DNA of 64,000 nucleotides, taken from Candidatus Omnitrophota bacterium (lineage in GTDB: Bacteria; Omnitrophota; Gorgyraeia; Tantalellales; Tantalellaceae). The translations under genes and the position numbers were made by a program. The stretch spans positions 3,294-67,293 of the forward strand of contig JBARQV010000027.1 in NCBI GenBank assembly GCA_049643885.1, in the 5' to 3' direction. Every line of letters begins with the position of its first letter. Within the stretch, counting starts at the first letter, position 1. The notes under the pieces were generated by a model, which worked only from the letters and a program-made list of their open reading frames with translations, was not told the DNA's origin and searched no databases. Shown here in pieces: positions 1-8,886 of the stretch.

Positions 1-1070
1 GTTCCCAGAGGACATTGTTGAAGGACATACTGTCAAAGAGGCTATCTCTTCTTTTCGGCAATTTTGAGATCTTAGAAATAAACGGTTTCGATAACCAGAC
101 CGCCAGGTCGTTCCTTACGGAAAAAACGAAAGATATCATTTCGGCAGAGAACATCAAGAATTACATAATCCAGCTTTCCCAGGGCAGTCCCTTTTATCTT
201 GAAGTGTTGGCAGAGCATTTTTCCGAACAGGTAAAGGCAAGGGACGGGAAAAAGACCGAAAAAGAGTGCCTGTTGGATGCTTTCGCGGAACTTTTATATG
301 ATTCTAACGGTCTTCTTAATCAGTATTTCATGAACAGCATCAATTTCTTTCTGGAGAAAAAATCCAGGAAGAAATTCCTGCCCATTCTCGTTTCCCTGGC
401 CGCGGGGAACTGCACGATTAAAGCTATACAGAAAGACCTGGGCCGGAAAAGCAAAGACCTGGGCGAGCGGCTGGGCATGCTTCAACACATGGACCTCGTT
501 TATAAAAGCGGGGTGTTTTACAAGATATCAGACAAGCTTTTCGAGTTCTGGCTTAAAAACGTTTATACCCTCAAGACCAGGTCGGTAGTCGATGACCTTG
601 ATATTAAATACCTGGAGTTCAAGAGTTCTCTGGAAAAAGATTATGATGAGTACTGCGAGTTCGGTTCTCTCAGCCTGACGGAAGTCATATGTGATCTTTT
701 TGCGAGTTTTAAGAACGAGAAGGTCCAGATACGCCTTAACGAGCGCAGGATGCCCCAGTTCGAGTCCGTCAAGAGCCGCTACTTGTCCGGGAACATTTTT
801 GAAGTCACGGGTCATGCAGGGGGCAAGGCATGGGCCTGCCAGGTCAGGTTCAGCGGCGGGAGGGCTGGCGAGCAGGACATCTACTCGCTTATCGACGTTA
901 AGAGCGCGGATGACGGTAACGCAAGGATCACGAGAAAGATCTTTATTCCCGTGAAGGAGATAGATCACAACGCTTTCCTTTTGGCGAAAGAGAAGAACAT
1001 CTGGGTCTGGGACGTACAGCAGCTTAACGAGATACTTCGTCTATACGGAAAGCATGAGCTGGTATTATGA
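1..1070 (+). CDS. C-terminal part of an Arch_ATPase/DUF234-family ATP-binding protein; 5' end lies outside the window
   Basis: Reading frame is open to position 1. The motif QGSPFYLEVL resembles the conserved G-hPYYL motif of archaeal-type ATPases. The tail looks like a DUF234-like region. Confidence 0.45.
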   Translation, partial: SQRTLLKDILSKRLSLLFGNFEILEINGFDNQTARSFLTEKTKDIISAENIKNYIIQLSQGSPFYLEVLAEHFSEQVKARDGKKTEKECLLDAFAELLYDSNGLLNQYFMNSINFFLEKKSRKKFLPILVSLAAGNCTIKAIQKDLGRKSKDLGERLGMLQHMDLVYKSGVFYKISDKLFEFWLKNVYTLKTRSVVDDLDIKYLEFKSSLEKDYDEYCEFGSLSLTEVICDLFASFKNEKVQIRLNERRMPQFESVKSRYLSGNIFEVTGHAGGKAWACQVRFSGGRAGEQDIYSLIDVKSADDGNARITRKIFIPVKEIDHNAFLLAKEKNIWVWDVQQLNEILRLYGKHELVL

Positions 1071-1558
1071 AAATCGGGATCATAGCCGATACCCATATTC
1101 CTGTCAGTGCCCCAAAAATCCCCCCAAAAGTATTTGAGCATTTTAAAGATTGTGATCTTATCGTTCACGCGGGGGACCTCGTCGAAATGTCGGTCCTCGG
1201 GGACCTTGAGAAAATAGCCGAGACAAAGGCCGTCTGGGGAAATATGGACGGGGCAGACGTCAGGAAGAGCCTACCCGAGAAGATAGAATTTAAAGTCGAC
1301 AAGATAACGGTCGGTGTAGTGCACGGAAAGGGCTCTGCTTCTAAGATCGTCGATATGGTGAAGAAAACCTTCGATAAGAAGCCGGATATAATCATTTTCG
1401 GCCATTCTCACGCTCCATATAATAAGAATATCGACGGTACGCTGTATTTTAATCCCGGTAGTTCCACGGACAGGATATTTTCACCTTACAGGTCCATCGG
1501 TATCATAGAGATCGATGGCAACGACATACGCGCGGAAATAATAAGATTAGATGACTAG
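1067..1558 (+). CDS. metallophosphoesterase, YfcE/MJ0936 family
   Basis: The sequence MKIGIIADTHIP...VHAGDL...GNMDG...GHSHAPY carries the canonical calcineurin-like phosphoesterase motifs. The ATG overlaps the upstream stop codon (ATGA). Confidence 0.85.
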   Translation: MKIGIIADTHIPVSAPKIPPKVFEHFKDCDLIVHAGDLVEMSVLGDLEKIAETKAVWGNMDGADVRKSLPEKIEFKVDKITVGVVHGKGSASKIVDMVKKTFDKKPDIIIFGHSHAPYNKNIDGTLYFNPGSSTDRIFSPYRSIGIIEIDGNDIRAEIIRLDD

Positions 1559-1573
1559 TTTGCTCAAACAAAT

Positions 1574-1594
1574 GTCTGAAGTCTGAGGTCTGAT
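1574..1594. repeat. degenerate heptanucleotide tandem tract (gTCTGAa gTCTGAg gTCTGAt) immediately upstream of a start codon
   Basis: Three 7-nt units read directly. It shares the motif CTGAAGNCTGAGGTCTGA with 15051-15070 and with the reverse complement of 8341-8358. Confidence 0.5.
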
Positions 1595-1597
1595 ATT

Positions 1598-2572
1598 ATG
1601 GTCTGGTTAGAATTTGTCCTATGTTCATTCCTCATGATATTTTTTGCTTACCACCTTTGCAAGGAAGGTATAATACTGTCCCAAAAGGCCCACCTTGAAG
1701 AAGGTCTGATCGGGATGTTCTTTCTTGCCCTTGCTACCTCATTCCCGGAAGTAGCGACAGGTTCTTCCGCGGTATTCTTTTTAGGGAAAATAGGCCTGGG
1801 GTACGGTGATATCATGGGTTCCGTTATAGTGAATACCATGGTCCTTCTTTTTCTGGATTATTTTAAGGGAAAGGGAAGGATCTTGTCCGGGACCTCGCTT
1901 ATAAACCGTTTAACAGGGATCTTTGTCGTAGTTTTACTCCTTGTCGTCTTATCTTCAGCGGCGTTACGGCACATGAAATATCACATCTTCGCATATAGAG
2001 GGATCGGGCTGGAAAGCTTTTTGATCGCGTTATTATACATAGGATCTTTAGAGATCATACGCAGGACGAACAGAGGCGGGGAAGAGGAGATCTACAAGAC
2101 CAGAGAACCTTTTATCCGGATATGGTCCAAGTTCTTACTGCTCCTGCTGATAGTCACGCTGCTTAGTTTCTGGCTTGCGAAGACAGGCGAAAAGATCGCG
2201 GAAACGACGAATTTATCCCAGACTTTTACCGGAGCCCTGTTTCTTGGTCTTGCTACGTCCTTTCCTGAGATGATAGTTTCATTTACGGCCTTGCGTGCCG
2301 GGTCGGTGCAAATGGCGGTTGGGAACATAGTGGGGAGCAATCTTTTCGATGTCTTTATCCTGCCGATATTGGACGGGCTTACGAGAAGTCCCATCCTCGG
2401 CATGTTGACAACAGGGCAGATAGCAGTGACCGGGCTGGTCACGGTTCTTGCCGTTGCCACGGTGTTGAGCCTTTTCTGGAAAAAAAAGACTTCGAGCAGG
2501 ATAAATTGGGATACAGGCATACTTTTCGCTATAGGTTTCCTGGGGTTTGTGCTATTATACTTTATTAGGTAA
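1598..2572 (+). CDS. Ca2+/Na+ antiporter (CaCA/YrbG-like) membrane protein
   Basis: Polytopic hydrophobic protein with two alpha-repeat signatures, GLATSFPE(V/M), in the N- and C-halves. Confidence 0.7.
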   Translation: MVWLEFVLCSFLMIFFAYHLCKEGIILSQKAHLEEGLIGMFFLALATSFPEVATGSSAVFFLGKIGLGYGDIMGSVIVNTMVLLFLDYFKGKGRILSGTSLINRLTGIFVVVLLLVVLSSAALRHMKYHIFAYRGIGLESFLIALLYIGSLEIIRRTNRGGEEEIYKTREPFIRIWSKFLLLLLIVTLLSFWLAKTGEKIAETTNLSQTFTGALFLGLATSFPEMIVSFTALRAGSVQMAVGNIVGSNLFDVFILPILDGLTRSPILGMLTTGQIAVTGLVTVLAVATVLSLFWKKKTSSRINWDTGILFAIGFLGFVLLYFIR

Positions 2573-2583
2573 AACAATAGTGA

Positions 2584-2611
2584 ACTTAGAAGTTAGAAAT
2601 TAGTAGTTAGT
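2584..2611. repeat. heptanucleotide tandem tract (acTTAGa agTTAGa aaTTAGt agTTAGt)
   Basis: Four 7-nt units sit directly upstream of the dgt-like start codon. Confidence 0.45.
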
Positions 2612-2612
2612 G

Positions 2613-3776
2613 ATGATGGGAACGATTCTTACACGAGAAGAGCTCGAAAAACGGGAGAAGGAATGGCTTGCTCCATATGCCATGAAGAGCGCTGAAACAG
2701 GAGGGCGGGAGCATAAGGAGCAAGAACACCCTTACCGTTCGGTTTACCAGAGGGATAAAGATAGGATAATATATTCCACCGCTTTCAGACGGCTTGAATA
2801 TAAGACCCAGGTCTTCGTTAACCACGAAGGCGACTATTACCGCACCAGGCTTACCCACACACTGGAGGTGGCGCAGATCTCTAGGACTATCGCAAGAGCC
2901 CTCCGGATCAACGAAGAGCTTGTAGAGGCGACAGCCCTTGCCCACGACCTAGGACACACTCCTTTCGGGCATTCCGGGGAAGAGACCCTTGCGGAACTTA
3001 TGAAGGATCACGGTGGTTTTGACCATAATTCCCACGGTTTAAGGGTGGTGGATATCCTGGAGCAAAGATACCCTGGGTTCCCCGGACTTAACTTGACCCG
3101 CGAAGTAAGGTGCGGGATCATCCGCCATTCTACGCCTTTTGACTTGAAAAGAGCGGGGAAGGTCAAGATCGACTGCCCCCGCCTGCTTGAGATAGGGGTG
3201 GTTGATATTTCCGATGAAATCGCTTATGATAATCATGATCTGGATGACGGTCTGAAGAGCGGTTTTTTAAGCGAAGCTGACCTGAGGGGGATTCCTATAT
3301 GGGATGAGGCCGTATCAGAAGTCGAAAGGCATTACGGGGATATCGATCCCGAGACAAAAAGGTCCCAGGTCGTCCGCCATTTGATAAATCTTCAGGTTTC
3401 GGATATAATCCGGAACACCCTGGCCAGGATCGAAAAGATGGGCGTTAAAGGCGTGGGTGATCTTGACAGACAAAGAGAAAGAATAGCGGATTTCAGCGAT
3501 GAGATGAATATGAAACGCAAGTCTTTTAAGGAAGTCATGAACGAAAAGCTTTACAGGCATTACCGGGTTGTCTGCATGTCCAATAAGGCGTCGCGTTTTC
3601 TTAGACAGATGTTCAATGTTTACTCGGAAAACCCCGACCAGTTGCCGCCCCATGTCAGGGAAAAGATGGAAGAAAGAGGAAAATTCAGGGTGATCTGCGA
3701 CTATATCGCGGGTATGACCGACCGGTACGCACTGGATCAGTATAAAAGGTTTTTTGAACCCTTCGAGAGGGTATAA
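2613..3776 (+). CDS. dgt: dGTP triphosphohydrolase-like HD-domain phosphohydrolase
   Basis: The HD motif RLTHTLEVAQI...AHDLGHTPFGHSGE matches the deoxyguanosinetriphosphate triphosphohydrolase-like family. The track ORF starts at GTG 2610; the ATG at 2613 is preferred. Confidence 0.85.
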   Translation: MMGTILTREELEKREKEWLAPYAMKSAETGGREHKEQEHPYRSVYQRDKDRIIYSTAFRRLEYKTQVFVNHEGDYYRTRLTHTLEVAQISRTIARALRINEELVEATALAHDLGHTPFGHSGEETLAELMKDHGGFDHNSHGLRVVDILEQRYPGFPGLNLTREVRCGIIRHSTPFDLKRAGKVKIDCPRLLEIGVVDISDEIAYDNHDLDDGLKSGFLSEADLRGIPIWDEAVSEVERHYGDIDPETKRSQVVRHLINLQVSDIIRNTLARIEKMGVKGVGDLDRQRERIADFSDEMNMKRKSFKEVMNEKLYRHYRVVCMSNKASRFLRQMFNVYSENPDQLPPHVREKMEERGKFRVICDYIAGMTDRYALDQYKRFFEPFERV

Positions 3777-3802
3777 AGACGGCGAAGGAATAAAAGGCAT
3801 AT

Positions 3803-5293
3803 ATGGATAAATTGTTGCGGAAACTGAAAGGAAGCGTTGATCTGCGGCGCGAGATCGAGGCCTTCAGGAGATATATAAAGAATTTTGCCTGGATAATCTT
3901 CCCAAAAGTTCCCGGCAGCGTGGATGAATTAAAGAAGACCGAAGTCGGGAAATATGTGGCGAAAGAGCTTACCAGGAAGGAAGAGATCCGGAAGGGATTG
4001 GAGGATATCCTCGCGGCTCTCAAGAAATGCAAAAGGCAGAACAGTTTTGAACAGTTCCGTTACGGGAAAAGGCGGATGGGCGTATGTTACCCGCTTGTTT
4101 CCGAAGGTAAGACCTTCGGGTATATCGTTCTTTGCGGATTGAGAAGGGCGGTTCCCGAGACCCTGCAGGCGCTTTTTACTTCGTATACCGACGTGGTTGT
4201 CAGGGAGACCCAGAAAGAACTTGAGCTGGAGGAGCTTAATAAGACGGTCAGGCCCAGGGCCATTGCACTTTCCACTGTTCACACTGTTCACAGGCTGATG
4301 GGTGCCACCTTGAACATCAACGAGCTTCTTCCCCGCATAGCGCGTCTTTCGCTGCAGGTGATGAGAGCCAATCGCTGTTCGATAAAACTTGTGGACAGGA
4401 GAAGAAAGGTCCTTTTGCCCAAGACTACCATTGATCTGAGGAAGAAAAAAGCGAAACTCAAGAAGGTTACTATAGGCAAGTATGCTCCGGGAAGGGCGGT
4501 AAAACAAGCCAGGTCTATAAGAGGCAAGAACTATCTCGCCTCGCCCCTGATCGAAGAGGAGGTATTAGGGGTCATAACTCTTTACGACAAGATAGAAGGG
4601 TCGGAATTCACGGCCTTTGACGAAGAGATCATGAAGACCCTTTCGGAACAGGCTGTCATCGCCATAAAGAACGCGCAGCTTTTCCAGGAGCAGGAGGATC
4701 TTACCCTGAGCAGTATCAAATGTATAGCCCAGCTTCTCGAGACCCGCCCGAGCGGATTTCACAAGGCTGAGGCTTCTTTCCTGAAACTGCTCAGCATCAT
4801 CGGCAGGAAATTCAACATGAATGAAAGCGAGATCAAGATGCTGCAGTACGCCGCGATGCTTCACGATGCCGGACAGATAAGCATACCGGAACGAGTGCTT
4901 CTCAAGAAAGGAGACCTTACCGGAAAAGAGTACGACATAGTCAAGATGCATCCCCTGAAAGGCGCGGACATATTGTCGAAATTCAGGCCGCTGAAGCCCA
5001 TTGTTCCTATTATCCTGTACCATCACGAAAACTTTGACGGGAGCGGTTATCCCAGGGGTTTGAAAAAAGACAACATACCGTTGGCTGCCCGGATCCTCGC
5101 GGTGGTAGCGTCATTCGAGGCCATGATCACAGAGAAACCATATCGCAAGGCGCTTTCGATAAGTTCGGCGGTGAAAGAAGTCGGGAAAAATTCAGGGACA
5201 CAATTTGACCCTAAGATCGTTGAAGAGTTTTGTGAAGCCGTCGCCAGGAAAGACGTAAAAAGACTTTTGGAGAAAGAGCTTGGTATGTTATGA
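3803..5293 (+). CDS. GAF-domain / HD-GYP-domain protein (putative c-di-GMP phosphodiesterase)
   Basis: The C-terminal region HDAGQISIP...HHENFDGSGYPRGL is the HD-GYP signature. The central part looks GAF-like. Confidence 0.8.
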   Translation: MDKLLRKLKGSVDLRREIEAFRRYIKNFAWIIFPKVPGSVDELKKTEVGKYVAKELTRKEEIRKGLEDILAALKKCKRQNSFEQFRYGKRRMGVCYPLVSEGKTFGYIVLCGLRRAVPETLQALFTSYTDVVVRETQKELELEELNKTVRPRAIALSTVHTVHRLMGATLNINELLPRIARLSLQVMRANRCSIKLVDRRRKVLLPKTTIDLRKKKAKLKKVTIGKYAPGRAVKQARSIRGKNYLASPLIEEEVLGVITLYDKIEGSEFTAFDEEIMKTLSEQAVIAIKNAQLFQEQEDLTLSSIKCIAQLLETRPSGFHKAEASFLKLLSIIGRKFNMNESEIKMLQYAAMLHDAGQISIPERVLLKKGDLTGKEYDIVKMHPLKGADILSKFRPLKPIVPIILYHHENFDGSGYPRGLKKDNIPLAARILAVVASFEAMITEKPYRKALSISSAVKEVGKNSGTQFDPKIVEEFCEAVARKDVKRLLEKELGML

Positions 5294-5553
5294 AAGAGAA
5301 GATCGAAAAAGTCGTTAAAGATAAACTTAGCAGAGAGATACTGACTTTTTTCTATCAGAATCAGTCAAGCATCGATACTGTCAGCGGGATCTCAGCGTGG
5401 GTCCGCAGCGACCGTAAAGAAGTCAAAACGGCGCTTGATAAGCTTGTCCAGCTGGGCATCCTTGAGCAGGACAGCATGGGCTCCACAAGAGGCTACTGCT
5501 ATACCCGGGACCCGAAAACCATGAAGATCGTCCGGGAGCTGATGAAAGAATAA
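5290..5553 (+). CDS. small hypothetical protein (possible winged-helix fold)
   Basis: 87-aa ORF translationally coupled to the upstream gene by ATGA overlap. No recognisable catalytic motif. Confidence 0.4.
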   Translation: MKEKIEKVVKDKLSREILTFFYQNQSSIDTVSGISAWVRSDRKEVKTALDKLVQLGILEQDSMGSTRGYCYTRDPKTMKIVRELMKE

Positions 5554-6224
5554 TGCGTAAACTGGCATTTTTCCTTCCCGTTGCAATAATCCTCGCCTTG
5601 TTATCCTGTTTCTTTTTACTGGATAATATCATAGTTTTTTCAATCGGCGCTTTGTCCGATATTACGATCTCATACGAGGCCGATAAGGGCAATGTCCTTA
5701 CAGGTTCGGAAATAAAAGGGTTACAGATAAAGAACAAAAAAGGGGGCTTTAACCTCTTTGCCGAAAAAGCTTATTTAAAGGTCAAGTTAAGGCAATCCTT
5801 CAAAGAGAAGAGGCTCGTGCTTGAAAGCAGTATGCAGGCAGTGAGGTTCGAGACCAAAATTAAAAGCACGACAGGTTCTCCGTCAGAAGATAATGTCATG
5901 GCCGCTCCATTTTCAGGAGACCGGAAATACGAACAAATGGCATTTACCGCTTACATTGACAAAATGGCCGTCAAGATCAGCGGTTTCAAGGCTATGTCGC
6001 CTGACGTAAGGATGATGGGAAATTGTGTATTTTTCTGGGGAAAGGATGATATATCCCTGGACCTGAATATCTCGTTTTCGCCTGAAGCCGCGTCCGTCTT
6101 CCCGGAAGAGATCAAAAATGAGTTCCTTTCGCCGGATGAAAATGGTTGGTACAGCACTGTGATCAGCTATAAGGGAAATGCGCTTATGCTCATGGCCTTT
6201 TATTCACTTACCATGTCACCGTGA
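5553..6224 (+). CDS. hypothetical membrane-anchored protein
   Basis: N-terminal transmembrane segment FFLPVAIILALLSCFFLL. Good codon structure but no recognisable domain. Confidence 0.4.
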   Translation: MRKLAFFLPVAIILALLSCFFLLDNIIVFSIGALSDITISYEADKGNVLTGSEIKGLQIKNKKGGFNLFAEKAYLKVKLRQSFKEKRLVLESSMQAVRFETKIKSTTGSPSEDNVMAAPFSGDRKYEQMAFTAYIDKMAVKISGFKAMSPDVRMMGNCVFFWGKDDISLDLNISFSPEAASVFPEEIKNEFLSPDENGWYSTVISYKGNALMLMAFYSLTMSP

Positions 6225-6250
6225 CCCCCGGGGTATTTGGCCCCGCCCCC

Positions 6251-6278
6251 TTGATATTTGTAAATAATATGATACAAT
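6251..6278 (+). promoter_or_regulatory. sigma70-like promoter (TTGATA - 16 nt - TACAAT)
   Basis: -35 TTGATA at 6251 and -10 TACAAT at 6273, about 10 nt upstream of the SPOR-protein start. Confidence 0.35.
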
Positions 6279-6287
6279 ATAGCCCCT

Positions 6288-6905
6288 ATGAATAAGAAGT
6301 TTCAGAGTGACTTTTTCGGGGAAAATTATGCCGAAAAAAAGGCTAGAAGGCTGGAGTTCTCTCGCAAGTACTACAAACACAGGTTGTTACCAAATTTAAG
6401 GATACCCACCGAATACGCGTTCATAATCGCTATCGGGGGCCTTATATCGATGATAGTAGTTTATGCCATCGGGGTAGAAAGAGGAAAGCATATCCAGATC
6501 GAAAAGTTCGCGGGAGGCGCAGCCTTAAAAACGCATGTCCTTTTAAATAAAAGAGTTAACGCAACAACTCCGGTGGAGATACAAGAGTCGAAGCGGGAAA
6601 TCCAAAAACCGGAAGAGACCACGAAAGAGGAGACTGCCGGGGGCGAAGAAAAAGCGGAAAAAGAAGCCAGTCCCTCTTATGATATAACGGGGTATATGAT
6701 CCAGCTTGCGTCATTTAGAAATGAAAGCTCGGCGGAAAAGGAAGTAGAAAGGCTCAAAAGAATGGGGTATAACGCGGCATACAACAAGAGCGGGACCTGG
6801 TACCGGGTCTATGTTTCCGGTTACAATAAGATGAGGGAAGCCGCAAAAGCAAAAAGTGAACTTGCCGGGATCTACAAAGATTGTTATATAAGAAAGATCG
6901 ATTAA
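6288..6905 (+). CDS. SPOR-domain protein (peptidoglycan-binding, cell-division associated), N-terminally membrane-anchored
   Basis: The C-terminal ~75 aa (YMIQLASFRNESSAEKEVERLKRMGYNAAY...GTWYRVYVSGY...) is a typical SPOR domain. There is one transmembrane helix near the N-terminus. Confidence 0.75.
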   Translation: MNKKFQSDFFGENYAEKKARRLEFSRKYYKHRLLPNLRIPTEYAFIIAIGGLISMIVVYAIGVERGKHIQIEKFAGGAALKTHVLLNKRVNATTPVEIQESKREIQKPEETTKEETAGGEEKAEKEASPSYDITGYMIQLASFRNESSAEKEVERLKRMGYNAAYNKSGTWYRVYVSGYNKMREAAKAKSELAGIYKDCYIRKID

Positions 6906-6915
6906 GGAGGAGACA

Positions 6916-7254
6916 ATGACACAGCATTCAAGTTTGAAAAAGGGAGGCGAGAGTAAATTTAGATCGGTTCTGAAACGCTTTGAACGTTTGAAAGAACTGG
7001 CCGATAAGGAAAAGTGGTTCGAAGAGAAAGATTCGATCTATAAATTGCCTAAATTAAAGATCATCAAGTTCAAGGTCAAAAAAGTCAAGGCTGCGGAAGA
7101 AGAAGTTGCTCCTGCAGAAGCGGCAGCGGCAGGCGCTGAGGGAGCCGCTTCGGCAAAGAAAGCCGCTCCTGGTAAAGAGGCTCTGGGCAAAGGTGCAGCT
7201 CCCGCTGAAGGCGGCGCTCCGGCCGGCGAGAAGAAGCAAAAAGCGAAGAAATAG
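6916..7254 (+). CDS. hypothetical Lys/Ala/Glu-rich protein
   Basis: AGGAGG ribosome-binding site 7 nt upstream. Low-complexity A/E/K-rich C-terminus. Confidence 0.45.
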   Translation: MTQHSSLKKGGESKFRSVLKRFERLKELADKEKWFEEKDSIYKLPKLKIIKFKVKKVKAAEEEVAPAEAAAAGAEGAASAKKAAPGKEALGKGAAPAEGGAPAGEKKQKAKK

Positions 7255-7287
7255 TTGGTCGTCGGACCTTGGATATTGGAGGTATAG
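7253..7287. repeat. heptanucleotide tandem tract (agTTGGt cgTCGGa ccTTGGa taTTGGa ggtatag)
   Basis: 7-nt periodicity directly upstream of the ATG at 7288. It contains a GGAGG-like Shine-Dalgarno sequence. Confidence 0.4.
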
Positions 7288-7608
7288 ATGGTATCCTTTG
7301 AAGATTTTAAGAAGTTAGACCTCAAGATAGCGGAGATCTTGGATGTAAAAGACCATCCGAATGCCGATAAACTTTATGTTCTGAAGATCCTTGTGGGAGA
7401 GGAAACAAAACAGATCATTGCCGGCGTGCGTGGATCTTATGGCAAGGAAGATCTAAAAGGCAGAAAGATCGTTGTGATAAACAATCTTGAGCCGGTCACC
7501 ATCAGGGGCGAAGAGTCCAATGGCATGCTGCTTGCCGCGGATAATGCCGGCACACCCATCATCCTTGTCCCGGAAAGGGACGTACCGTCCGGTTCAGCGA
7601 TCAAGTAA
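7288..7608 (+). CDS. tRNA-binding protein (CsaA / Trbp111 / EMAP-like OB-fold domain)
   Basis: The sequence DLKIAEILDVKDHPNADKLYVLKILVGEE...IIAGVR...VVINNLEPVTIRGEESNGMLLAA is the Myf/tRNA_bind domain signature. Confidence 0.8.
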   Translation: MVSFEDFKKLDLKIAEILDVKDHPNADKLYVLKILVGEETKQIIAGVRGSYGKEDLKGRKIVVINNLEPVTIRGEESNGMLLAADNAGTPIILVPERDVPSGSAIK

Positions 7609-7664
7609 CCCCACACCACCGTGCGGGGAATAAATACTACAGGCGGAAGCCTGTAGACAAAACC

Positions 7665-8339
7665 ATGCGATATAAGGGCGTAACGGCGGCCCAGATGGCC
7701 GAGATCGACAGAAGGGCGCAGGAAGAGTACAATATACCCCAGATCGTCCTTATGGAAAATGCCGGCCGTTCCGTAGCCGAGATCATCCTTTCCGAGATAA
7801 AATCCATCGAGAATGAGAGAATAGCCGTTCTTTGCGGCAACGGAAACAACGGTGGAGACGGTTTTGTGATCGCCAGTCATCTGGCAGAAAGATCCCCGAG
7901 TCGTTTGACCATCTATGCCCCGCGCCCTGAAAAGATCAAAAAGGGAGCTGCTTTCGAGAACTTCGGGATCATGCAAAAAATGGGACTTGAGATCCTTCCG
8001 GTAGAAGAATTGATCTCATCCCCGGACATATTGGCCGAATACACCGTAAGCATCGACTCTATTTTCGGTACTGGTTTTAAAGGAGACCTACCCGAAGGTT
8101 ACGGCTTTATCGGTAAAGTCTTAAATGGCTCTGGTCTTAAGCGCTATGCAGTCGATATCCCCTCGGGGCTTGATTCAACAACCGGCAGGGCTGCGGAGAA
8201 TTGCCTGAAGGCCGATAAAACCATAACTTTCGGCCTTCCCAAGCGCGGGTTTTTCATCGGCGACGGCCCGGGGGTCTGCGGTAAGATCGTGGTCCGGAAC
8301 GTCGGCTTCCCCGAATCCCTCCTTCGTGAATATATGTAA
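7665..8339 (+). CDS. nnrE: NAD(P)H-hydrate epimerase (YjeF N-terminal domain)
   Basis: Contains MENAGRSVAE...VLCGNGNNGGDGFV...DSIFGTGFKG...VDIPSGLD. Confidence 0.8.
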   Translation: MRYKGVTAAQMAEIDRRAQEEYNIPQIVLMENAGRSVAEIILSEIKSIENERIAVLCGNGNNGGDGFVIASHLAERSPSRLTIYAPRPEKIKKGAAFENFGIMQKMGLEILPVEELISSPDILAEYTVSIDSIFGTGFKGDLPEGYGFIGKVLNGSGLKRYAVDIPSGLDSTTGRAAENCLKADKTITFGLPKRGFFIGDGPGVCGKIVVRNVGFPESLLREYM

Positions 8340-8340
8340 G

Positions 8341-8361
8341 CCTCAGACTTCAGACAACAGA
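8341..8361. repeat. heptanucleotide tandem tract (cctCAGA cttCAGA caaCAGA)
   Basis: Its reverse complement matches the CTGAAGTCTGAGG motif family seen at 1574 and 15051. Confidence 0.4.
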
Positions 8362-8365
8362 CGGT

Positions 8366-8812
8366 TTTTTATTGCCTGTCCATTCCTATCAGGATGTTCC
8401 ACTGCTTATTTAAAATGCTTGTTCTGCTTTTCCCGGGTAGATGATCAACCCTTCTTTAGCGGGGACGGTCAATTTCCCCGGCGAGGAAATTGTCCTCTAA
8501 AATTTTTTCACTCTCCCTCAAGACTTCGCCTTTCGGGATCCCTGCCCGCTCAAAAATTTAAAGCCCCGCTTCCGAAAGGTTAATCATCTACCCAGAACAA
8601 AAAATCCAAACTTTCTTCACTCAGATGTTCGACTTGTCAGGGTTACGGAAAGGTCCGGGGGTGTGTTCAGTGCGAGTTTCCAAAAAAAAAGCGATTTTAG
8701 GTCGCTTTTTTTTGGACTGTCTGAGCACGGAACACACCCCCGGGCCTTTTCAACATTCAGACAAGTCAAACATCTGATGAACGTTTAATAGGAACGGACA
8801 GGCAATAAAGAC
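8366..8812. repeat. large nested-palindrome non-coding element (possible MITE or structured RNA)
   Basis: Outer inverted repeat TTATTGCCTGTCCATTCCTAT (8369-8389) pairs with ATAGGAACGGACAGGCAATAA (8789-8809). Inner arms of ~60 nt (8622-8681 and 8714-8775) are ~75% identical in inverted orientation. The central hairpin is A9-GCGATTTTAGGTCGC-T8 (8682-8713). An additional inverted repeat GGGTAGATGATCAACC (8435-8450) pairs with GGTTAATCATCTACCC (8578-8593). Confidence 0.5.
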
Positions 8813-8886
8813 CACGCCCGTCGCCCGACGATTAGACCCCCCGATTTTTGCCTTTTCATGCTTTATGTGCTATATTTTACAACGAT

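Noticed and set aside
6916-7254. Lys/Ala-rich protein as a ribosomal protein or histone-like protein
   Set aside because: The composition is suggestive, but I could not recognise a specific family signature, so it is left as hypothetical.
8326-8583. 85-aa + strand ORF in the nnrE-aroB spacer
   Set aside because: It lies within the nested-palindrome element. The sequence is Cys/Phe/Ser-rich, it has no ribosome-binding site, and it is more likely non-coding.
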